64,000 nucleotides of DNA from Verrucomicrobiota bacterium (lineage in GTDB: Bacteria > Verrucomicrobiota > Verrucomicrobiia > Limisphaerales > Palsa-1400), in NCBI GenBank assembly GCA_049510745.1, contig JBEKYR010000016.1, positions 1 through 64,000 on the forward strand. Direction: 5' to 3'. The notes beneath the pieces were generated by a model, which made no database searches, was not told the origin of the DNA, and saw nothing but the letters and a program-made list of their open reading frames with translations. This document shows, one piece after another, positions 56,494 to 64,000 of the stretch. Positions within the stretch are counted from its first letter, which is position 1. The number at the start of each line of letters is the position of its first letter. The position numbers and the translations under genes are program-made.

Positions 56494-58335
56494 CTAAAGC
56501 AACTGCGCCAGCAAGCCACACAGACCGATGCCGAGGGCGGCCAGGGAATCACCGGCGATCAAGCCGCCGCCGACCAGCGAGGTCGCGCTCATGTCGGAGG
56601 GGGCATCTTGCGACGCCGGACCGGGGCGGCGGGCCTGGCGGAATTGGCGGAGGCCCGCCAGGGACGAAGTGATAATGCCGCCGGTGGCAAACCAAATCGT
56701 CGGCGGCAAACTGACAAAGCCGCCGAAGGACGAGGCGTAGGGACTGGGCATGACGATGGCGTCGAAAACGAAGTCCGCCACCCGGCCGGCCCTGGTTTCT
56801 TTGGCCAAGCGGCGGCAGCGCTTATTGTTCTTGACAAGTTTGCGGATGACCTCGGTGACGAATCCGCCGGCGATCCCCAATTCGAGCGCCTTGAGGACAA
56901 AGCTCCTGGGATGGGTCAATCCCTCCAACGCGCCGACGAGTTTAAAGGTCATGGCCGATTGCCATTTATCCAGGCCCGGCGCGTCGGGGTGGGCGAAGCT
57001 GTTGACCTGGAGGACCGGATAGGCCGAGAGGAACACCTTGGCCAGGAGGACCGAGAGAGCCGACCCCATGACAATGCCGATGACCTGATAACGGAACTGA
57101 ATGACGCGATTGGTGCCCAGGCGCCAGCCGGTGGAGCGGTCCTGCTGCATATCGACCCCGACGTTGCAGGCCACCAGGAGGATGGCCCCGCACATCAGGC
57201 CAACGGTCGGATCCTTCAAGCCCAGCGCGGCCATCATCATGACCGTCAGGACGAACGCGCTGGAGATGGGGTTCCAATCTGAAATGCCGTCGGAGATGCC
57301 GTTGACAAGAAGAAAGACAAACGACAGCCCGACCGCGAAGGCCACAAAACCGAGCGGCTGATGCAACAGACAGGTGGAGACAAGCATCACGCAAACGGCC
57401 CAGAATATGACCCATGCGATTAGAAGGCGGGTATTGATCTTTTTCCAATCTTCCTGCGGCTGGGCCGGCAGTTTTTCCTTGAGTCGCTTGATCGCCTGAC
57501 AGGCAATGATGGCCATATCGAGCACGGCCGCGCCGAGGATGGTCCCCAAAGCAACGATGAAACCGATCTTCTTGAACTGGTCTTTCTCGCCAATCCAGCC
57601 GTTGGATCGAAGCCAGGGAGTCAACTCGTAACCGATGATCGCGACGACCAGACTGGGAACGGCAATGCGCGCGCCGACGACCAGCCCGGCCCCGACCGTC
57701 GAGGCGGAAAATTCGGTGAAGTCGAATCCCGCTCCCAGTTTCCGAAACAACTCCGGCGCGCCCAGCTTGCCCAATCCGGCCAAAATCCGGGGGAACGTTC
57801 CCCCCAACAAGCCCGCCAAGGCGCCGCCGCCCAGTTTGGCCACCGACTGTTTGAGCAGGGCCTTGTCGGTCAGCGCCCGCAGGATATTGGCGACGGCGTA
57901 GCCGGACGGAAAGGCCAGTTGCATCCGATCGACCAGAATCGGCGTATAGAGCATCCCCACCCCGACGCCGAACATGCCGACGCAAGTAAAGAACAAAATC
58001 AATTCCCAGAGCGGCGGCTGCTTGAACCCCAGCCAGACCATCGCCTGGATGAGCACGGCCATGCCCGAGAGGTTGGCGACCGAGGCCGACATGCTTTGGA
58101 TGTAATTGGCGCCATGTTTGCCCTCCGAGCCGTAACCGTAAGTGACGACGCTCCCCAAGATGCCCGCCAGGACCTGCCCGCAGACGAAGAAGCCGATGGA
58201 AAAATTCATGTAGGCCGCCGAGATCGCCCCCAGCGGCCCCAGGAGAAAGATGGCCACGCAACTGAGCAGGATATGGTAAGCGGGCGTGTTGATTTTGGGC
58301 AAAAACGTCCGCGGTTTGATTTTATTTTCTTCCAT
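56494..58335 (-). CDS. OPT/YSL-family oligopeptide transporter
   Basis: NYIQSMSAS, LAFPSG.A.A, DMQQDRSTGWRLG, GGGLIAGDSL; many TM. Confidence 0.85.
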   Translation of the reverse strand: MEENKIKPRTFLPKINTPAYHILLSCVAIFLLGPLGAISAAYMNFSIGFFVCGQVLAGILGSVVTYGYGSEGKHGANYIQSMSASVANLSGMAVLIQAMVWLGFKQPPLWELILFFTCVGMFGVGVGMLYTPILVDRMQLAFPSGYAVANILRALTDKALLKQSVAKLGGGALAGLLGGTFPRILAGLGKLGAPELFRKLGAGFDFTEFSASTVGAGLVVGARIAVPSLVVAIIGYELTPWLRSNGWIGEKDQFKKIGFIVALGTILGAAVLDMAIIACQAIKRLKEKLPAQPQEDWKKINTRLLIAWVIFWAVCVMLVSTCLLHQPLGFVAFAVGLSFVFLLVNGISDGISDWNPISSAFVLTVMMMAALGLKDPTVGLMCGAILLVACNVGVDMQQDRSTGWRLGTNRVIQFRYQVIGIVMGSALSVLLAKVFLSAYPVLQVNSFAHPDAPGLDKWQSAMTFKLVGALEGLTHPRSFVLKALELGIAGGFVTEVIRKLVKNNKRCRRLAKETRAGRVADFVFDAIVMPSPYASSFGGFVSLPPTIWFATGGIITSSLAGLRQFRQARRPGPASQDAPSDMSATSLVGGGLIAGDSLAALGIGLCGLLAQLL

Positions 58336-58695
58336 TTGCTTTTGTGCGTGCGCCCGGTTAATAGAGACTGCGAGTGAACGCGCGCCGCCGCGCGCGACCG
58401 GTTTGTGCATCCATCTGCGTTCCATGATAAGTCGATTCAGGGATTTGCGGAAAGTGAAATTGGCGTTATTGGGTTTGATGACCCTTGGCGTGGAGCGTTG
58501 TTCGCAAGCCGTTCCGAACTTGGAGCCGCACACGGAGCCTGGTCATCGAGCCGCCTGCCTTCGGACGCGGGAAATAAACTCCGGTTGAATTTACGATTTA
58601 CGAGGTTTTTGTCAGCCGCAGGACTTCTTTGAATTGACTTCCAAGCCTATGAATGCTTTTCTGGAAAACGACGACCGGAACAAGGCGTTTTTGCA

Positions 58696-59166
58696 ATGAA
58701 CCAGACAATGCCCAATTATCGCTTTCTCCTGGTATTCACGAATGCCGGCAACCGCCATGCGGACATAGAAAAGGCCCTGGGTTGCAAGCCCACGCGTTGT
58801 TATATGAAGGGCGATGCAATTGACCTGGAATATCTCCCAAATCAAACGTGTTCGGTGGACTGTTGGCTGCTGGAATCTCCGTTGTCTTCGGATGCTTCCG
58901 CTGCTGAACATTTTAACTACATGTCGTCAATTATCGAAAATAATCAGCGTTTTATTCGGAGTCTCACTTGTGCTGGAGTGATGGCCGAGGTCCGGTGTAT
59001 CCTCTATCATTCAGAGGAAAGTTTCGTTGTTCCTGGCAGCGTCGTGGCAACCCTCTCGAAATGCGGCATGCAGCTTTCAATTCGGAGTCAGCCGGGCACC
59101 GCAGCATTGATTCGTGCTGTTTTGAACGAAAATAAACAGAACGCTCCGAAGAACGAACACTCCTAG
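58696..59166 (+). CDS. DUF4279-like protein, low GC orphan
   Basis: IEKALGCKPT....GD, W.LES, L..H, LSKCGMQLSI pattern. Confidence 0.6.
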   Translation: MNQTMPNYRFLLVFTNAGNRHADIEKALGCKPTRCYMKGDAIDLEYLPNQTCSVDCWLLESPLSSDASAAEHFNYMSSIIENNQRFIRSLTCAGVMAEVRCILYHSEESFVVPGSVVATLSKCGMQLSIRSQPGTAALIRAVLNENKQNAPKNEHS

Positions 59167-59246
59167 TTCAGTCCATTGGGTAATTCACTGATTCCGCCAT
59201 TTACCGACTACGTCAGGACTGCCGACCCCGGCGCTTTTTCACCAGC

Positions 59247-59573
59247 GCGCGCATCTCAGATTTTGGCAGGGATCGGACAGGGTCGCAGGAGGTCCAAAAA
59301 CCGAGATACGCCCGTCGGCCCGCCCGGATTCCACATTTTTCTCGACAGAGGGGAAATTTGAATTTAGACTCCCCGCATTGCGGCTTTCAATGCGGGGAGT
59401 CTCAATTCTGAATTCGCCTAAATCCATGGCGAAGCTCTCACTCTGTTTACCCAATGGTGCCTGTCGCCGCGCCCTGATTTCCGCCGGTGAAAGGCCGGCG
59501 GGAGGGACCAAGCCCGCCTGCGCGCCGCGGCAGCGTCCCCGCCTGGGGATTGTCCAAAAACTGAGATGCGCCT
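59247..59573. mobile_element. Composite MITE: TIRs GCGCATCTCAG(A/T)TTTTGG, 9-bp target duplication, internal extra right TIR
   Basis: TTCACCAGC at 59238-59246 and 59574-59582; TIRs 59247-59266 and 59554-59573; third copy 59292-59313. Confidence 0.75.
59366..59402. other. Perfect 15-bp-stem hairpin inside the MITE
   Basis: AGACTCCCCGCATTG-CGGCTTT-CAATGCGGGGAGTCT. Confidence 0.8.
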
Positions 59574-59629
59574 TTCACCAGCCCTCTTTTGCGTTGAGCC
59601 TCACGGGCGGTCGTGGCAGACTGCCGCCT

Positions 59630-60601
59630 GTGAATGTATTCGTCACCGGGGGCGCGGGGTACATCGGGTCGGTCTGCGTCGAGGAACTGCTCGACGCCGG
59701 ACATGACGTGACCGTTTATGACAATCTCACCGAGGGCCACCGGTCGGCGGTGGATAATCGGGCCGTGTTCATCCTGGCGCGCTTGAGCGACGTGAAAACG
59801 ATCACCGCCGCGGTGCGCGACGCCAAGGCGGAAGCCATCGTCCATTTCGCGGCCAACGCGCTGGTGGGCGAATCGATGACCAATCCGGCCAAGTATTTCC
59901 GCAATAACGTCTGCAACGGCTTGAACCTGCTGGAGGCGGCGGTGGCCGCCGGTGTCAAGAAGTTTGTTTTCAGTTCGACGTGCGCGACCTACGGGCCGCC
60001 CGACCGCGTGCCGATGACGGAGGACCTGCCGCAGCGGCCCATCAATCCCTACGGCGAATCCAAGCTGATGTTCGAGAGAATGCTCCACTGGTACCGCCAA
60101 ATCCACGGGCTGGAATTTGTCGCCTTCCGCTATTTCAACGCCGCCGGGGCGAGCGAAAAATTCGGGGAGCATCACCGGGTCGAGACGCACCTGATCCCCA
60201 ACATCCTGCAAGTGCCCCTGGGCCGCGCTCCGCGCGTGGAGATTTTTGGGACGGATTACCCGACGCCCGACGGCACCTGCATTCGCGACTACATTCATAT
60301 CGTCGATCTGGCCCAGGCCCATATCCTGGCGCTGGAACCGGGGCGGGAGGGTTTTTACAATCTTGGCAACGGCGATGGTTATTCCGTGCGGCAGGTGATC
60401 AACGTCTGTGAAAAAATTGTCGGACGGCCCATCCCCACCGTCGAGAAGCCGCGCCGGCCGGGCGATCCGCCCAAGCTGGTCGCCTCCGCCGAAAAGGCCG
60501 CGCGCGAACTGGGGTGGAAACCGGCGTATCCGAAATTGGAGCAAATCGTTGCCGATGCCTGGCGCTGGCATCAGGCGCACCCGGACGGCTACCCGGATTG
60601 A
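59630..60601 (+). CDS. galE: UDP-glucose 4-epimerase
   Basis: TGGAGYIGS, FSSTCATYG, NPYGESK, RYFNAAGA, DGTCIRDYIH. Confidence 0.95.
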   Translation: MNVFVTGGAGYIGSVCVEELLDAGHDVTVYDNLTEGHRSAVDNRAVFILARLSDVKTITAAVRDAKAEAIVHFAANALVGESMTNPAKYFRNNVCNGLNLLEAAVAAGVKKFVFSSTCATYGPPDRVPMTEDLPQRPINPYGESKLMFERMLHWYRQIHGLEFVAFRYFNAAGASEKFGEHHRVETHLIPNILQVPLGRAPRVEIFGTDYPTPDGTCIRDYIHIVDLAQAHILALEPGREGFYNLGNGDGYSVRQVINVCEKIVGRPIPTVEKPRRPGDPPKLVASAEKAARELGWKPAYPKLEQIVADAWRWHQAHPDGYPD

Positions 60602-63600
60602 GGTTCGGGTTTGCGGAAATCGCCGTAGCGCAAGGCCAGGGTCGGCAGCACCAGGAGGTTGAGCAGCGTCGAAGTGACAAGGCCGCCCACGATGACAATC
60701 GCCATCGGCCCTTCAATCTCGGTCCCCGCTTCGCCCGAGCCAAGAACCAGCGGCAGCAGGCCCAGGCCCGTCACCAACGCGGTCATCAAAACGGGCGAGA
60801 GCCGTTCGGTCGCGCCGCGCAGGGCCGCTTCCGCGCCCCACTCCATGCCCTCGACGGAAACCAGGTGCTCGAAGTGCGACACCATCATGATGGAGTTGCG
60901 CGCCGTAATGCCGAAGAGGGTGACGAAGCCGACCAGCGTTCCCAGCGACAGGCTCCCCTTGCCCGCGTCGCTGAACCAGCCGGTGAGAAACGCCGCCAGG
61001 ACGCCCCCGACCAGCGCGAAGGGCACGTTGGCCAGGACCAACAGCAGGTTGCGCCAGCGGCGGAAAACGACGCCCAGCAGCAGGACAATGCCGGCGCCCG
61101 CGAGCGTCGAGTATAAAATCAATTCCCGCCGCGCCGCCGCCTGCTGTTCGGCCGCCCCGCTGTACACAATATAAGCGCCGCCCGGCAGTTGCACCCCGGC
61201 CGCCACCTTCTGTTTGATGTCGGCCACGACCGAGGCGACGTCGCGGCCCTGGGTGTTGCAGGTCACCGTCTGGCGGCGGCGGGCGCCTTCGTGGGAAATC
61301 AGATAGCGGCCCGTGGCGGGGAAAATGTCGGCCAATTCCGCCAGCGGCATCCTCAGGCCGTCGCTGTTGCGCACCAGGAAGGAGCCGACGGACTGCGGGG
61401 CCTTGCGCAAGGCGGGATCGAGAATCAACTCGACGTCGAAGACCCGGTTTCCTTCATAGACCTGGCCAACCAATGCCCCGGCGTAAGCCAACTCAATCGC
61501 GTCCAGCACCTCGACCGGACGAAAACCGAATTGTGTCAAGCGATCGGCCCGGAGCTTGACCTCCAGGAGCGGCCCTCCGGGCGGCGCCTTTTGTTGGATG
61601 TCAAGCGTCCCCGGAACGGACTTCAAAATCTGTTCGATTTGGCGGGCTTTTTGATCGGCCACATCCAGATCGTCGCAAAAGATGTTGATCACCACCTGGG
61701 CCGTCTCGCCGCTGATGGTTTCGCCGAGGCGGTCGCCCACAAAGGTCGTCACGTCGTACACGATGCCGGGAAATTTTTCCAGCACCTGGCGGATTTGTTT
61801 CTCGACCTCTTCCTCCTGCGCGCCGGAAACGGGCTGCAATTCCACGTGCATCTCGCTTTGATTTGGCCCCCAGGTGTCCTCGCCCATTTCCGCCCGGCCG
61901 ATCTGGTCCTCGACCGTTTTGAGGTGCGGAATGGCCAGGAGTTCGCGCGAAATGAGCTGCCCCAAGCGGCGCATTTCCGGCAGCGACGTTCCCGGCACGG
62001 TGGTGGCATGGAGCACAAAGTGGCCTTCGCGAAATGCCGGCAAAAACTCGCCGCCGAAAAACGGCAGCGTCGCCGCCGTCCCCGCCACCAAGAGCACAAC
62101 GACGACGATCACCGTTCGCGGCCGGCGGCTGATGGCGCCCAGGGCGCGCCGGTGGCATTGCTTGAGCCAGACCAGGTAACGCGGCTCGGCGTGCGGTTTG
62201 ACTTTTCCAAAGAACGCCAGGCAGATCGCCGGCGTCACCGTCACGGCCACCGCGAGGGAGGCCATTGTCGCCAATAAAAACGCCGCGGCCAGCGGGGCAA
62301 AGAAGCGCCCCTGCACGCCGCTCATCGCCAGCACCGGCAGGAAGACCAGGGCCACGATGAACGTCGCATAGACGACGGCGGTGCGCACTTCGAGGGAGGC
62401 GTCGAGAACGACCGCGAAAACCGGGCGCGGGCGGGGCAGAACGCGGTTTTCGCGCAGGCGCCGCATGATGTTTTCAACGTCAATAATAGCGTCGTCCACC
62501 ACCACGCCGATGGCCACCGCGAACCCGGCCAGAGTCAGGGTGTTGATCGCCACCCCAAAATGGTCCAGAACAATGACGGCCGCCAGGAGCGAGAGCGGAA
62601 TCGAGGCGAACGAAATGAAAGCCGTGCGCAGATCGAGCAGAAAGACCAGCAGGACGACGGCGATCAAGAGGCCGCCCAGCAGGAGCGAGGAGCGGACGTT
62701 GCGCAGGCCGTTTTCGATGAAGTTGGCGGGACGATGCAGCGAGGGCACATACTCGATGCCCTCGGCCGCGAAGGCCGGCTTCAATTCCTCCAGGGCGCGT
62801 TCCAGGCCGCGGGTCAATTCCATGGTGTTGGCGCCGTATTGTCCGCTGGCGGTGATCAATATGCCCGGCCGCCCCATGATCAACGCGTCGCCAAACTTCG
62901 GCTCCGCGGCATCGACCACCGAAGCGACGTCGCCGAGGCGGACGCTCTTGCCCTCGTGGCGGGCGACGACGACCTGGCCGAGCATTTGCGCCGTCAGATT
63001 TTGGCCTTCGGTGAGAATGTTGAGCCGTTGTTCCGGCGTTTCGATGAACCCGGCGCCGCGCACGCCGGTGGCGTTGCGGGCGGCGTCGAGCACGTCTTGC
63101 ACGGAAAGATCCAACGCCAGCAGGCGATCGGGCCGCAGCCGGATTTGAATCTGGCGCACCTCGCCGCCAAAAACCGAGCATTTGGCCACGCCTGGCACCG
63201 CCAGCAGCCTTGGGATGACCGTCCAATCAGCAAACGCGCGCAATCGCATCGGCGTGAGGTTGGTTGAGATCAGGCCGAATTTGAGGACATCCATCGTTGA
63301 GGAAACGAGCGGGAACATGCGCGGCGCTTTGACCCCGGCGGGCAGTTCGCCGGCGACGGTGGAGAGCTTTTCCGCGAGCATCTGCCGGGCGTGATAAACG
63401 TCGGTCCCATCCTTAAAGAGCGCCGTGACGACGGAAAGGCCCTGGATGCTCTCGGAGCGGATCATCTCCATTTCGCTGGCGCCGCCGATGGCGCTTTCGA
63501 CCGGGCGCGTGACCAACACCTCGACCTGTTCGGCGGTCAAGCCGGGGGATTCGGTTTGCACCTCGACTTGCGCCTGCACGAACTCCGGCAGAACGTCCAG

Positions 63601-63705
63601 CTTCGCGTGCCAGGCGGTGTAAAGGCCGTAGCCGACGAGCAGGCAGGCGAGGGCCAGGACGATCCCGCGAAAGCGCAACGAATGTTGAACGAGCCACTGG
63701 AGCAT
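60589..63705 (-). CDS. RND efflux permease (CzcA/CusA family)
   Basis: LDVLPEF, VEVLVTRPVE, AIGVVVDDAIIDVEN, FLPAFREG, ERLSPVLMT. Confidence 0.93.
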   Translation of the reverse strand: MLQWLVQHSLRFRGIVLALACLLVGYGLYTAWHAKLDVLPEFVQAQVEVQTESPGLTAEQVEVLVTRPVESAIGGASEMEMIRSESIQGLSVVTALFKDGTDVYHARQMLAEKLSTVAGELPAGVKAPRMFPLVSSTMDVLKFGLISTNLTPMRLRAFADWTVIPRLLAVPGVAKCSVFGGEVRQIQIRLRPDRLLALDLSVQDVLDAARNATGVRGAGFIETPEQRLNILTEGQNLTAQMLGQVVVARHEGKSVRLGDVASVVDAAEPKFGDALIMGRPGILITASGQYGANTMELTRGLERALEELKPAFAAEGIEYVPSLHRPANFIENGLRNVRSSLLLGGLLIAVVLLVFLLDLRTAFISFASIPLSLLAAVIVLDHFGVAINTLTLAGFAVAIGVVVDDAIIDVENIMRRLRENRVLPRPRPVFAVVLDASLEVRTAVVYATFIVALVFLPVLAMSGVQGRFFAPLAAAFLLATMASLAVAVTVTPAICLAFFGKVKPHAEPRYLVWLKQCHRRALGAISRRPRTVIVVVVLLVAGTAATLPFFGGEFLPAFREGHFVLHATTVPGTSLPEMRRLGQLISRELLAIPHLKTVEDQIGRAEMGEDTWGPNQSEMHVELQPVSGAQEEEVEKQIRQVLEKFPGIVYDVTTFVGDRLGETISGETAQVVINIFCDDLDVADQKARQIEQILKSVPGTLDIQQKAPPGGPLLEVKLRADRLTQFGFRPVEVLDAIELAYAGALVGQVYEGNRVFDVELILDPALRKAPQSVGSFLVRNSDGLRMPLAELADIFPATGRYLISHEGARRRQTVTCNTQGRDVASVVADIKQKVAAGVQLPGGAYIVYSGAAEQQAAARRELILYSTLAGAGIVLLLGVVFRRWRNLLLVLANVPFALVGGVLAAFLTGWFSDAGKGSLSLGTLVGFVTLFGITARNSIMMVSHFEHLVSVEGMEWGAEAALRGATERLSPVLMTALVTGLGLLPLVLGSGEAGTEIEGPMAIVIVGGLVTSTLLNLLVLPTLALRYGDFRKPEPQSG

Positions 63706-64000
63706 TTAGTCCGCCTGGATTTGGGCTTTTTGTTCCTCGGACAAGAGCAGTTGCGCCGCCTGCACCACCGCCCGATCCCCCGGCGCGCAGCCGTTGGTGG
63801 TGAACCATCCCTGCTCCAGCGGCGAGTCCAGCGTCACTTCGCGCCGGGTGAATTTGTTGTCCGTTCCCGCCAGATAAATCCACGTCTTGCCGTTGAACCG
63901 CACGATGGCCGAGTCCGGCAGCGCGACGCCCGATTGCGCCGGCCCCGGAATTCCCAGGCGCGCGGCCACCGCCGCGCCAGGGGCCAGCGCGGCGTCGGCG
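63706..64000 (-). CDS. RND membrane-fusion protein, C-terminal part (partial)
   Basis: GVALPDSAIVR..GKTWIY, FTRREV, GDRAVVQAAQLLLSEE; directly upstream of the permease. Confidence 0.85.
   Translation of the reverse strand, partial: ADAALAPGAAVAARLGIPGPAQSGVALPDSAIVRFNGKTWIYLAGTDNKFTRREVTLDSPLEQGWFTTNGCAPGDRAVVQAAQLLLSEEQKAQIQAD

Overview
GC-rich bacterial chromosomal window, most likely Verrucomicrobiota (Pedosphaera/Limisphaerales-like). This is inferred from a VPDSG-type PEP-CTERM protein, secreted proteins with a C-terminal '...FYR' domain and an H-X9-DG pilin-like remnant. The backbone is housekeeping and catabolic: GH27/GH51/GH2 glycosidases, pldA, DPP-IV, fumC, glpG, prc, fmt, nnr, nadC-birA, rluA-bioB, ccsA-hemA-hemC, hemL, ruvX-truA-trmL-tRNA-Val, lepA-lepB, M3 peptidase, OPT transporter, galE and a CzcA-type RND pump. 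Small accessory islets lie between these genes. Main observations: (1) a vapC toxin gene is split by a ~1.87-kb eroded element with a 6-bp direct repeat that now carries only an intact Xre-RES toxin-antitoxin pair and defence-gene stubs; (2) a low-GC orphan ORF lies exactly between two copies of a short (G)GAC(T/C)GACC-like motif and between 3' and 5' remnants of an HUH/Y1 transposase, and a 3-copy array of the same motif occurs elsewhere, suggesting an integron-like cassette system run by a Y1 transposase; (3) there are two MITEs with clear terminal inverted repeats and target duplications; (4) a TA islet sits at tRNA-Val; (5) leaderless-type promoters are pervasive, including bioB, whose BirA operator overlaps its first codons. 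All calls come from reading the sequence by eye; no database searches were run.
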